A DNA stretch of 64,000 bases from Candidatus Levyibacteriota bacterium. Lineage in GTDB: Bacteria > Patescibacteriota > Microgenomatia > Levybacterales > UBA12049. Positions 48,136 through 58,023 of the stretch are shown here, in pieces (the stretch's first letter is position 1; every line of letters begins with the position of its first letter). A program made the position numbers and the translations under genes. The notes beneath the pieces are model-generated. The model searched no databases and had not been told where the DNA came from. It saw nothing but the letters and a program-made list of their open reading frames with translations. The stretch is from positions 19,927 to 83,926 of the forward strand of contig JAUSEW010000002.1 of the NCBI GenBank assembly GCA_030651475.1, written 5' to 3'.

Positions 48136-49827
48136 GTGGGAGATTTTTTCCTTGAGCTAACAATCCTTGTTTGCATAGCTTCCTTTCTTGCTATTGTTTT
48201 TAGGATTTTAAAACAACCCCCAATACTTGCTTATATCTTAACAGGTATATTAATTGGACCTCTAAGTTTTTTTAATTTTTCAAATAAAGATTTTCTTCAA
48301 ACTATGGCTGAGTTGGGCGTTACTCTTCTTTTATTCATGATAGGCCTTGAGCTTAGATTTAGTGAGCTTCGTACCGTAGGTAAGGTGGCGGTATTAACAG
48401 GCATTGGGCAAATTGTCTTTACTTCTGTAATTGGTTATCTTATCTGTATTGCTCTTGGATTTTCTCCACTTACATCTTTATATCTTAGCATTGCACTGAC
48501 TTTCTCAAGCACGATAATTATCGTAAAGCTTTTGTCCGATAAAAAAGATCTAAATAGTCTATACGGAAAAATATCAGTGGGTTTTTTGCTAGTTCAGGAC
48601 TTTTTTGCAATTATATTCCTAATCTTTCTTTCCGGCTTTAATAATGTTGGCGGTAATACTATAAACATTTGGGATTTCCTAATTGTATTTATTAAGGGGG
48701 CAATTTTGCTAGGGGGTATAGTTTATCTAAGCAAAACATTTTTGCCAAAACTTGTTGATGTAATTGCTCGTTCTCCGGAAACACTGTTTTTATTTAGCAT
48801 CGCTTGGGCTTTTGGATTAGCTGCTTTAGTAAGTTCTCCAATCATAGGATTTTCGATAGAAATTGGAGGATTTTTAGCTGGTCTTTCTTTGGCTAACTCA
48901 AGCGAAAATTTTCAAATAGCCTCGAAAATAAAGCCGCTAAGGGATTTTTTTATTACCATTTTCTTTGTAATCCTAGGCACAAATCTTGTATTTAATAACA
49001 TGCAGGAAATACTCTTGCCATCGCTTATTCTTTCAACATTTGTACTCATAGGCAATCCTTTAATTGTAATGGCAATAATGGGTTTTATGGGTTATCGCAA
49101 AAGAACTTCATTTTTGGCAGGCTTAACTGTGGCTCAAATTTCTGAATTTAGCTTAATTTTGGTTTTTTTGGGACAAAGGCTTGGTCATTTAGATTATAAA
49201 GCTGTATCTTTAATAACAGCTGTTGGAATAATTACGTTTACACTTTCGACATATATGATAGTTAATGGCAATAAGCTATATTTATTTTTAAGTAGATTTT
49301 TAGGAATATTTGAGAGAAGAAATGCCCATAGTGAGCAAATGGCTTATGGCTTAGAAGATATGGAAAATCTTAAAGACCATGTAGTATTGGTAGGAGCAGA
49401 CCAGATGGGACAAAGAATTCTGGATGCCTTGGGGGATTTAGGAAAAGACGTTGTAGTAATTGATTTTGATCCGGATATCGTCAGAAGGCTTGGAGAAAAA
49501 CATGTCCGCAGACTTTTCGGAGACATAGGCGATTATGAAATTCAAAAAAAGGCAAATCTTGATACGGCGAAACTTGTTATTTCTACAATACCAGATACGG
49601 AAGATAATTTACTCATTCTTAAGGAACTAAATAAAGAAAATAGAAGAGCGAAAGTTGTAGTTATGGCTCTTGATTCCCAGGATGCGAAAATTTTATACAA
49701 AGCAGGTGCGGATTATGTGATTTTGCCTCATTTGGCAGGCGGACGGCAAATAGCGAGACTTATTAGGGAAAACAATCTGGAAAATATTGGAAAGCTAAAA
49801 GAAAAAGACTTAAGCTATCTTGTCTAA
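48136..49827 (+). CDS. CPA2 cation/H+ antiporter with TrkA-N domain (Kef-like)
   Basis: [20 protein letters not shown]-terminal Rossmann-like domain. Confidence 0.9.
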   Translation: MGDFFLELTILVCIASFLAIVFRILKQPPILAYILTGILIGPLSFFNFSNKDFLQTMAELGVTLLLFMIGLELRFSELRTVGKVAVLTGIGQIVFTSVIGYLICIALGFSPLTSLYLSIALTFSSTIIIVKLLSDKKDLNSLYGKISVGFLLVQDFFAIIFLIFLSGFNNVGGNTINIWDFLIVFIKGAILLGGIVYLSKTFLPKLVDVIARSPETLFLFSIAWAFGLAALVSSPIIGFSIEIGGFLAGLSLANSSENFQIASKIKPLRDFFITIFFVILGTNLVFNNMQEILLPSLILSTFVLIGNPLIVMAIMGFMGYRKRTSFLAGLTVAQISEFSLILVFLGQRLGHLDYKAVSLITAVGIITFTLSTYMIVNGNKLYLFLSRFLGIFERRNAHSEQMAYGLEDMENLKDHVVLVGADQMGQRILDALGDLGKDVVVIDFDPDIVRRLGEKHVRRLFGDIGDYEIQKKANLDTAKLVISTIPDTEDNLLILKELNKENRRAKVVVMALDSQDAKILYKAGADYVILPHLAGGRQIARLIRENNLENIGKLKEKDLSYLV

Positions 49828-50712
49828 ATTTTCCCTTACAGTTTCGATAACTTTAATCAACTCTTCACCCTCAAGTATTGATTCGATGTTTCGCCAGGAT
49901 TTGCCTATCCGATGATCCGTAAGTCTGTCCTGCGGAAAATTATAGGTTCTGATTTTTTCCGCTCGCATACCTCTTCCTATCTGCGTAGATTTAAGAGAAG
50001 AAATTTCGCTATGTTGTTTTTCAACTTCTATTTCCCAAAGTTTGGATCTTAAAAGTTCCATAGCAATACTTCTATTTTGTATTTGGAAACGTTCGGTTTG
50101 GGCGGTAACTACAATGCCTGTAGGTTTATGAGTAAGCCTTACCGCTGTTGAAACTTTGTTGACATTTTGGCCTCCATGACCGCCGCTTCTATACGCTTCA
50201 AATTGTATATCGTCGGGATTTATATGAAGATCAATATCCTCAAGCTCCGGAAGCACCGAGACGGTGGCGGTAGAAGTGTGAATACGGTCTCTTTTCTCTG
50301 TGGTTGGAATTCTTTGGACCCTGTGTACTCCAGCCTCGTATTTAAAAAGACCGAAAGGATTATTTTCTGGTACACCTGCTATCTTGATAACATTTTCGTC
50401 AACTTTTTCAACTTTAAATGCTTTTTTTTGGGAGTACCTGACATACATTTTCATTAGTTCTTCTGCCCAAAGTTTGGCTTCTTCTCCTCCTGCAGCCCCT
50501 TTTATTTCCAGAATAACGTTTCTCGTATCTAGAGATTCTTCTACCGTCGGCTGGCTCTCTTTAATACTTTTTTCAAGCTCGTTTTTTTGCTGTTCCAAAC
50601 CTTTTAGCTCCGTATCTGCCAACGCGGAAAGTTCAGGATCGGAAAGCAATTTCTTGGTTTCTTCTATTTTTTGCAGTAACTCTTGAAGCTGTATGTATCT
50701 ATAGTCATCCAT
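49810..50712 (-). CDS. prfA: peptide chain release factor 1 (short N-terminus)
   Basis: [12 protein letters not shown] (PxT), [11 protein letters not shown]; follows rpmE. Confidence 0.92.
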   Translation of the reverse strand: MDDYRYIQLQELLQKIEETKKLLSDPELSALADTELKGLEQQKNELEKSIKESQPTVEESLDTRNVILEIKGAAGGEEAKLWAEELMKMYVRYSQKKAFKVEKVDENVIKIAGVPENNPFGLFKYEAGVHRVQRIPTTEKRDRIHTSTATVSVLPELEDIDLHINPDDIQFEAYRSGGHGGQNVNKVSTAVRLTHKPTGIVVTAQTERFQIQNRSIAMELLRSKLWEIEVEKQHSEISSLKSTQIGRGMRAEKIRTYNFPQDRLTDHRIGKSWRNIESILEGEELIKVIETVRENLDKIA

Positions 50713-50856
50713 AATATATTTTGACGGTAGAAAATAGAATGTAGAATATGGAACATATGAAGATAGAAGATTGAGGATGGATTATTAAGAGAATTTCTAA
50801 TTTCTATTTTCCAGTTTCAAATATCTATCTTCTAGTTTCCATCATCTACCGTCTAG

Positions 50857-51156
50857 CTACTTTATTGCCATGAGCATCTCTCGGAGTGTTTTTGGCGCTT
50901 CCTGCTTTTTCTTTATTTCCTCATGCTTTTTCTCTCTTAATGTCTCATACTTTTTGGCAACTTCTTGTTTTTGCTGGAACTTTTGGATTTTGGAAGCGCT
51001 GTCTACGAATCTTTGCTCTCCGGTATAAAACGGATGGCATTTATTGCAAAGCTCCACATGAATTAATTCTTTGGTTGAGCCAATGGTAAATTTATTGCCG
51101 CAAACACAAATAACTTGCGCACTTTCGAAATACTTTGGATGAATAGCTGTTTTCAT
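50857..51156 (-). CDS. rpmE: 50S ribosomal protein L31
   Basis: IHPKY, CVCG, CNKCHPFYTG. Confidence 0.96.
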   Translation of the reverse strand: MKTAIHPKYFESAQVICVCGNKFTIGSTKELIHVELCNKCHPFYTGEQRFVDSASKIQKFQQKQEVAKKYETLREKKHEEIKKKQEAPKTLREMLMAIK

Positions 51157-51196
51157 ATAGTATAATTATACCCTATTTTGAAAAACCAAGCAAGCA

Positions 51197-52390
51197 TTAA
51201 GAGGCTAGCAATTTTTCGATTTCGTTTTGTAAAACTGTTTTTTGGTTGCGGGTTTTCATATTTTTAAGAGTAACCATATTTTTCGAAACTTCATCCGGGC
51301 CGATAATTATCGCATAAGGAATTTGTTTTTTGTCAGCGTATTTTAATTGTTTATCCATTTTGACATTTTCCTCCAAATATATTTCCGTATTTATTCCTTT
51401 CTCACGAAGAAGCGTTGTGATTTGTAAAGATTTCTCTTTTAATTCCGGGGAAAAAACAGTGACCAAGATTTTTGTTGTCTGCAGATCTTTTGGAAAAAGA
51501 TTAAGATCTTCCATCGCTTCCATAAGCCTGTCAAATCCAAACGCAAACCCAACAGCAGGAATTTGTTTCCCTGCAAACATTCCGATCAAATTATCATATC
51601 TTCCTCCTCCGCAAACACTTCCTGCAGAATATCCCTCAATTTCAATTTCAAAAATCATTCCCGTATAATAATCAAGTCCACGAGCTAAAGTCGGAAAAAA
51701 TTCACAGTTACTTTGGTTAATTCCCAGATTGTTAAGCGTTTTTAAAATAACGTCAGTCGTTTCTAAGGGCTTTGAATTTTCGATTTTGTTCAAAATCTCC
51801 TTACTGTTAATTCTTTCTAATTCTTCCTCAACTTTCTTCGGTCCAATCTTTCCCAGTTTGTCTAAAATTTTGATTGATTCCAAATCGATATTTTCAAAAA
51901 TTTTTCTGTCATTCACTTTTATTTTATATTTTTTAAAACCAAGCGTTTCCAAGCTTTTATTCGCGAGGGCTATTATTTCCGCGTCGGCAAGGGGAGAGGA
52001 AACGCCGACAATATCTGCATCGCATTGGAGGAATTCTCTATAGCGGCCTTTTTGGGTGTTTTCTGCGCGCCAGACATTTTGAATTTGATAACGTTTAAAT
52101 GGCATTGGCAGTTCGTTTTGGCCTTGGGCGACAACGCGGGCTAGAGGAACTGTCTGATCGTATCTTAAAGCGACTTTTCTTTTTCCATTATCTTCAAATC
52201 TGTACATCAATTTATCGCCTTCGTCTCCGTACTTGCCCAGCAAAATTTCCTCGTACTCCAAAGCCGGAGTCTCCAAAGGTTCAAAGCCATAGGACTCAAA
52301 CACTTTTTTCAAAGTGTCCAAAACGTACTGTCTTTTTTTCGCCTCCTTAGGCAAAAAATCTCTAAAACCCTTCAGAGTTTGATTAACCAT
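51197..52390 (-). CDS. hisS: histidine--tRNA ligase
   Basis: KGFRDF, LRYDQT, GRYREF, RGLDYYTG, GGGRYD. Confidence 0.97.
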   Translation of the reverse strand: MVNQTLKGFRDFLPKEAKKRQYVLDTLKKVFESYGFEPLETPALEYEEILLGKYGDEGDKLMYRFEDNGKRKVALRYDQTVPLARVVAQGQNELPMPFKRYQIQNVWRAENTQKGRYREFLQCDADIVGVSSPLADAEIIALANKSLETLGFKKYKIKVNDRKIFENIDLESIKILDKLGKIGPKKVEEELERINSKEILNKIENSKPLETTDVILKTLNNLGINQSNCEFFPTLARGLDYYTGMIFEIEIEGYSAGSVCGGGRYDNLIGMFAGKQIPAVGFAFGFDRLMEAMEDLNLFPKDLQTTKILVTVFSPELKEKSLQITTLLREKGINTEIYLEENVKMDKQLKYADKKQIPYAIIIGPDEVSKNMVTLKNMKTRNQKTVLQNEIEKLLAS

Positions 52391-52476
52391 ATCAATATCA
52401 TATCATAAATTATTGTATTTTAAGTTTCGGATTTAGTTTATCTAGCTGGGTATGAAATCTTTAGAGAAGAAAGAGA

Positions 52477-52974
52477 CTATCTTGGATTAAATTGCCATTT
52501 CCGGGGTACTTTACCTAGGGCTGCTTTAATTATCGATTTTGCGTCTCTTTCGGAAAGTCTTGTGAATAGCTTAATTTTGTCAACAAACAATAATCCTAGA
52601 TTATCTTCTAAGTCTTTATTAAATGCTATTCCAGCAACAAATTCCGTAGGACGCCATATTTGTCTTTCCTCTTTTCCCCTAGTCTCTGGTTCTCTTCTCT
52701 TGAGCGGGCCGGTTATATAAATAATCGAATCAAATTCTTTAAGTTTATTTACCCTAAAGAGAGTAGGGGTAGGGAATATAATCCCTAAATCTCTTTCGGA
52801 TTGATTAGTCCGTATGGATGTATTTACATCAAGACCTTTAATAAATGCAATTACTTCATGAAGTGGATATCCAGCGTTAATATTGCCTAGTCCTTTTCCT
52901 AGTGTTTCTAATTTGAGCGGTGGTAGAATTCTCTCTTGTTGTTTTGGTTTATCAACTGTTACCAACTCAGTCAT
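52477..52974 (-). CDS. hypothetical protein
   Basis: 165-aa ORF. Confidence 0.65.
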   Translation of the reverse strand: MTELVTVDKPKQQERILPPLKLETLGKGLGNINAGYPLHEVIAFIKGLDVNTSIRTNQSERDLGIIFPTPTLFRVNKLKEFDSIIYITGPLKRREPETRGKEERQIWRPTEFVAGIAFNKDLEDNLGLLFVDKIKLFTRLSERDAKSIIKAALGKVPRKWQFNPR

Positions 52975-52992
52975 ATGAATGTCTAGGTAATA

Positions 52993-54117
52993 TTATAATT
53001 CAATAAGTTCTCTTGAGCAACGGGTTAAGAAGCGGGGACCGGATTTTCCTAGGACTACCAAATCTTCAATTCTTACCCCTCCAAATCCGGGAATGTAGAT
53101 CCCCGGTTCTATAGAGAAAACCATATTTTCTTTTAAAATATCTTTCGAAAGGGGAGAAAGGCGAGGAGATTCATGTACCTCAAGGCCAATGCCGTGGCCA
53201 AGAGAATGAGGAATTGTCGGGAATCCTTTCGTAGTAATATAATCTCTGGCGATTTTATCAATTTCGGATGCCTTTATTGCTAATTGCTTCATTGTTAAAT
53301 TGTTTAATTGCTGAATTGCTTTTTGCTGGGCTTCTAGAACCGTTTGGTACATCTTTTTAAATTCTGCATTTGCAGAACCAAAGAAAACGGTTCTTGTCAT
53401 ATCGGAACAATAATTATTCAGTTTCACGCCAAAATCCAGCAATACGATTTGGTCTTTAGCCGTTAGTCTTTGGTCGCTAGCTTGATGGTGGGGGACAGAA
53501 GAATTTTTTCCAAAGGCAACGATAGGAGGAAAAGATATATTAGCCCCCTGTTTTTTGATAAAAAATTCTATTTCAAGGGCAATTTCTTTTTCACTTATTC
53601 CTTCTTTTATTTTCTTTAAAACATATTCAAAAGCTTTGTCTCCCAATTCGCATGCTTTTTCAATTTTAGAAATCTCATCAGGCGTTTTAACGCTTCGTAG
53701 ATTCGAAATACTTAAATGATATATATTATTAAAGTATTTTGACAGCCTTTTGTGTTCTAGAAAACTAATATTGTGACCTTCGAATCCTAATCGTTTTATG
53801 TTATTTTTTTGTGTAAGATTTTTTATTGCTTCTCCAAAAGAAAGTTTTGAAGAAATTTCAATAAGTTCAAAATCTTTGACTTGTTTTTTAACGGCTTCAG
53901 AATATCGCCCATCGGTAAGAATATACCCCAAAACCCCAGGGGTTCCGTGCGTCAACCCCTGGGGTTGAGCCACGATTAAAAGGAAAGCTTCCCGTTCATC
54001 CTTGGAGAAATTGGAAAATCCTGTTAGGTAAGTAATGTTAGGAACGGAGGAAATGAGTAGTCCGTCAATGTTCTTATTTAGCATTAAACTTTTTAAATTT
54101 AAGAGACGATTATTCAT
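52993..54117 (-). CDS. Xaa-Pro aminopeptidase (M24B)
   Basis: TDGRY, DFG...YCSDMTRT, HSLGHGIGLEVHE, EPGIY, GVRIED. Confidence 0.94.
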   Translation of the reverse strand: MNNRLLNLKSLMLNKNIDGLLISSVPNITYLTGFSNFSKDEREAFLLIVAQPQGLTHGTPGVLGYILTDGRYSEAVKKQVKDFELIEISSKLSFGEAIKNLTQKNNIKRLGFEGHNISFLEHKRLSKYFNNIYHLSISNLRSVKTPDEISKIEKACELGDKAFEYVLKKIKEGISEKEIALEIEFFIKKQGANISFPPIVAFGKNSSVPHHQASDQRLTAKDQIVLLDFGVKLNNYCSDMTRTVFFGSANAEFKKMYQTVLEAQQKAIQQLNNLTMKQLAIKASEIDKIARDYITTKGFPTIPHSLGHGIGLEVHESPRLSPLSKDILKENMVFSIEPGIYIPGFGGVRIEDLVVLGKSGPRFLTRCSRELIEL

Positions 54118-54220
54118 AAATTTAACATGTTTCATTTTTCATTTATCATTGGTTTCTTCATTTAAGCAATTATTGATTATGTGAATAAATGGTAAATGGT
54201 GTCTGATAAATGATAAATAT

Positions 54221-54961
54221 TTACTTCGTGATTGGAGTTAATTTTTTTCCGCTTCCTGTTGAAGGTATAATTGCCTGATTAGGACTTAATGCTTCTTGGG
54301 CCACGGTAATATTGGGATTTTTGGGAATGTTAGGGAAAATATACAGGTTATTTCCTACAATTATGATATTTTGATTTTCTTTAACTTTGGAAAATCCCAA
54401 ACGCGCAAGCCCTGCGTCTTTGGTATAAGAAAGAATTTTAGTTGTCGTTTCTATGTCAACACTTAGTATTTTATTGCTGTCAGTCGCAACAGAGAAATTA
54501 AAATTTTTGCTGTCAATAGAGATGATTACTCCATGGGTAATAGTTGGAAGAGAAATTACGTTTACGAAACGCCCCAAAAGTCTTCGAGATTCTTTATTGT
54601 ATAGTCCTAAAACCTCCAAGGTGTCACCTTTTGAAATATCGGAAATGCCGAAAGAGCCTTTCGCATTCGGAGAAGAAAACTTAGTTAATTCATCTACGTC
54701 AACAAATCTAATTCTTCCCGCAAGATCGGAAAGGGTAACTTGGGTATTGGACACATCCGAAACTTTGCCGACAATTCCGCGTTTTTCAACCAGTTTTAAT
54801 TGAGCTACTTTAGAGGCGATATTATTGATTAGATCTTGTTTTATTTGATCGGTTGCATTAGGAGTAGGCGTTGCGGCAGAAACAGAAATGAAAAATGAAA
54901 AATGAAAAATGAAAAATAAGGAAAAAAAGAATAAAATAAATTTAGACAAGTTTTTTTTCAT
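54221..54961 (-). CDS. secreted hypothetical protein with two beta-rich repeats
   Basis: signal peptide; two G.V...repeat units. Confidence 0.7.
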   Translation of the reverse strand: MKKNLSKFILFFFSLFFIFHFSFFISVSAATPTPNATDQIKQDLINNIASKVAQLKLVEKRGIVGKVSDVSNTQVTLSDLAGRIRFVDVDELTKFSSPNAKGSFGISDISKGDTLEVLGLYNKESRRLLGRFVNVISLPTITHGVIISIDSKNFNFSVATDSNKILSVDIETTTKILSYTKDAGLARLGFSKVKENQNIIIVGNNLYIFPNIPKNPNITVAQEALSPNQAIIPSTGSGKKLTPITK

Positions 54962-54963
54962 AG

Positions 54964-55389
54964 TTAGAATTCCTCCATGGAATAAGTTACAGTTCTGGTA
55001 ATTTTTGTTTCCTCACCGTTGGCCGCGATAGCGGTTATTTCTATAACACTTGATCCGTTACCTAAATTTACCGTTGTTGAAAAATCTCCATTGAGCGATG
55101 GCGAAACAACCTGTTCGAAGTTGTTGGAAATTATTACGATTGTTGCATCCGGCATAGATTTGCCAGAAATAGTCAGCGTTTTATTGTTAACAACGCTTTC
55201 GTCAGCGGGAGTTATTAGATTTAAGAAGATAGATGGTTTTGGCGTTGGAGTTGGTATAGTTATCGCTATCGGCTTTATTTTGGACGAGGGTATAGCTCTT
55301 GTTGTTTGATATATATAGAAGACTATTCCTGCAACTAAAAGTCCGCCCAATATTGCAATAAAAGATAATACAAGTTTTTCTGTTTTCAT
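54964..55389 (-). CDS. membrane-anchored Ig-like domain protein
   Basis: TM, PTPTP linker, LTISG...GDFS...LGNG...IEITA. Confidence 0.75.
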   Translation of the reverse strand: MKTEKLVLSFIAILGGLLVAGIVFYIYQTTRAIPSSKIKPIAITIPTPTPKPSIFLNLITPADESVVNNKTLTISGKSMPDATIVIISNNFEQVVSPSLNGDFSTTVNLGNGSSVIEITAIAANGEETKITRTVTYSMEEF

Positions 55390-55462
55390 CTGGGTGCGGG
55401 GTTGATAATACGATAAAAATATCCTCTTGTCAAGGAAAGGCAAGCTATGTTAGGATTGGGGA

Positions 55463-55987
55463 GTGGATATAGCAATCGTTAATGAAAGTTCAATAAAAAT
55501 TCGGGGAAAACACGTTGGTTTTATTATAGACCCGCCCATAGATGGTCCAAAAATAAGCGCGGACGGCGTTATTTATCTTTCCAATGATTTACCCGTTGAC
55601 GTTTCCAGAGTAGAGGAATATAGAGTAATAATTAAAGGTCCGGGCGAATATCAGGTAAGCGGAGCAATGATTACAGGAGTAAAAGCGGACAAAGAATATG
55701 TTTATAAAATAGTCCTTGATGATGTACAAATTTTAGTTGCCAAAGCAAGCGACATATCTAAATTTAAAGGAGATATGGATTCATCCGAAGTTCTAATTTT
55801 GAATGTAAATTCTGAAATTGAAGCATCGGTTATAACGAATATGGAACCCAGGGTTGTGATATTGTACGGGGAGAAAAAAGAAGAGGCTGCAAAAATTTTG
55901 GGCAAAAGCGAAATAAAAAAAACGGAAAAAGCAACCGTTTCCAAAGAGCAATTACCGGAAATGATGGAAGTAATAGTATTGGGATAA
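55463..55987 (+). CDS. degenerate metallo-beta-lactamase-fold protein
   Basis: IIDP, IKGPGEYQVSG, EPRVVI; no HxHxDH. Confidence 0.65.
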   Translation: MDIAIVNESSIKIRGKHVGFIIDPPIDGPKISADGVIYLSNDLPVDVSRVEEYRVIIKGPGEYQVSGAMITGVKADKEYVYKIVLDDVQILVAKASDISKFKGDMDSSEVLILNVNSEIEASVITNMEPRVVILYGEKKEEAAKILGKSEIKKTEKATVSKEQLPEMMEVIVLG

Positions 55988-55994
55988 ACTTCAT

Positions 55995-57323
55995 ATGGCA
56001 AACATTAAAGTTCCTCCGCATAATGACGAAGCAGAAGAAAGCGTCTTGGGCGCTATACTTCTTGACAAGGATGCGGTAAGTACGGTTTCTCAAATTATCT
56101 CCCCAATGGATTTTTATAACCAGATAAACGGAATAATTTTCGATTCCATGCTCTCTTTGTATGAACAAGGAAAACCGATTGACATTCTGACTCTTAAAAC
56201 TCATCTCAAAAAACAAAAAGGCGAGACGAAGATTGAATCTTCTTATCTTACGGAATTGGTGAATGCTGTTCCAACCGCAGCCAATGTAGAGCATTACGCA
56301 ACAATTATTAAGGAAGCATCTACGAAAAGGTCGCTAATTCAAACAGGCTCACGAATGGTGGAAATGGCTTTTATGGAAGACAAAGAAGTGGGCGACCTTT
56401 TAAATAAAGCGGAATCTTCGATATTTGCTATTTCTCAAAAAAGTTCGCTTAAAACTTTTATTCCGCTTAAGGAAGCTCTTGCGGAAAGTTTTGATAGGAT
56501 AGATGAGCTTCATAAAAAAGGAGTAGGGTTTAGAGGGCTTCGGACAGGATTTGTTGATTTGGATAATATGTTATCCGGAATGCAGCCGTCAAACCTGATA
56601 ATTCTTGCGGCAAGACCAGGACAGGGAAAAACCGCGATGGCTGTAAACATCGCCCAAAATGTGGCGGTAATTGATAAAAAAGCAGTAGGAATATTTTCTT
56701 TAGAAATGAGCAAGGAAGAGTTGGTAGACAGGCTTTTGGTTGGACAGGCAGATGTGGATGCTTGGAGAATAAAGACAGGCAAACTTTCAGAAACAGATTT
56801 TACTAAACTTTCGCGCGCGATGGGAGAATTGGCAGATGCGCCGATTTTTATAGACGATACTCCGGGAATTTCAATGTCCGAAATGAGAACCAAAGCCAGA
56901 AGGCTCCAGCTTGAACACAACGTATCTTTATTTATAGTTGATTATTTACAGCTTGCCGATCCGGGAAGAAGATATGACAACAGGGTACAGGAAGTTTCTA
57001 TTGTTTCCCAATCGCTGAAAAATTTGGCAAGAGAATTAAAGGTTCCTGTTCTCGCAGTTTCCCAGCTTTCCCGTGCAGTTGAGCATAGAGGAGAGAAGAG
57101 GCCCCAGCTTGCGGATCTAAGAGAGTCAGGGGCTATTGAACAGGATGCGGACGTGGTAATGTTTCTGTATAGGCCCGAAGATGAATATGCTCCGACAATG
57201 CAAACCAAACTTTTGGTGGCAAAGCATCGAAACGGGCCTTTGGGAGAGATAGATTTACTTTTCCGCGGAGACAGGGTAAAATTTTATAATGTTGACAGAA
57301 AACGAACCGAAGAATCCGCCTGA
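55995..57323 (+). CDS. dnaB: replicative DNA helicase
   Basis: AARPGQGKT, FSLEM, VDYLQL, SQLSR, DLRESGAIEQDAD. Confidence 0.98.
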   Translation: MANIKVPPHNDEAEESVLGAILLDKDAVSTVSQIISPMDFYNQINGIIFDSMLSLYEQGKPIDILTLKTHLKKQKGETKIESSYLTELVNAVPTAANVEHYATIIKEASTKRSLIQTGSRMVEMAFMEDKEVGDLLNKAESSIFAISQKSSLKTFIPLKEALAESFDRIDELHKKGVGFRGLRTGFVDLDNMLSGMQPSNLIILAARPGQGKTAMAVNIAQNVAVIDKKAVGIFSLEMSKEELVDRLLVGQADVDAWRIKTGKLSETDFTKLSRAMGELADAPIFIDDTPGISMSEMRTKARRLQLEHNVSLFIVDYLQLADPGRRYDNRVQEVSIVSQSLKNLARELKVPVLAVSQLSRAVEHRGEKRPQLADLRESGAIEQDADVVMFLYRPEDEYAPTMQTKLLVAKHRNGPLGEIDLLFRGDRVKFYNVDRKRTEESA

Positions 57324-57433
57324 ACTTGCCTCGATTGAAGAAAAGTTAGCAGCAATTTCTGCAAAACTCGGCGCTTAGAACAGGCTTTTTAGACTTTGTA
57401 TAGCTTTACACCCCAAGGGTGTAGCCTCAAACT

Positions 57434-58021
57434 TTATAGTGAAAGCTTGAGGAGGGAATTTAAAACGATGGGGAGTTTGACTACATCATCTTCATCGGTA
57501 AAATGTCCCCTTGCGTGTTCAATAATTGTTTTTGTTCCCAATTCTTTTTCAAATATTTCTTTATTGTCAAGCGGAACATAAGGATCATTATCGGAGAAAA
57601 TGGCAATACTTTTAGGAAGATGAGATTTAACTTTTGCTAAATTTATAGAAGTATTTAGCCATGGAGATATAATTTCTTTTTCTTCATCCGTTAGGTTTGC
57701 GAGAGTAGATTCTCCAGTTGAAAAGAAACCGGCAACGAAAACTGTTCCGCCAACTTTTATATTTTCAGGTAATTTTTCTAGAAATCTTAAAATCGTTTGG
57801 CATCCTACGCTATGTCCTACGAAATAAGTTTTGTCATCGGGTTTGTTGACGGATTCATAAAGACAATCAACCCAGTCTTTGATTGTAGGTTCTTCCGGAT
57901 GAGGCATTACTGGGATATAAACTTCAAAATTATTTTTCTCAAGTTCCTTTTTAAGCCAAGAATACCAATCTCTTTTTGGATGTCCATCCCATCGGTGAAC
58001 AATAAAAACTCGCTTCTTCAT
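57434..58021 (-). CDS. RBBP9/YdeN alpha/beta hydrolase
   Basis: GHSVG, SDNDPYVP, GHF. Confidence 0.9.
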   Translation of the reverse strand: MKKRVFIVHRWDGHPKRDWYSWLKKELEKNNFEVYIPVMPHPEEPTIKDWVDCLYESVNKPDDKTYFVGHSVGCQTILRFLEKLPENIKVGGTVFVAGFFSTGESTLANLTDEEKEIISPWLNTSINLAKVKSHLPKSIAIFSDNDPYVPLDNKEIFEKELGTKTIIEHARGHFTDEDDVVKLPIVLNSLLKLSL

Positions 58022-58023
58022 TG

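Noticed and set aside
49810-50712. prfA as a truncated pseudogene
   Set aside because: PxT and GGQ motifs intact, open frame, normal rpmE-prfA context; a shortened N-terminus is more likely.
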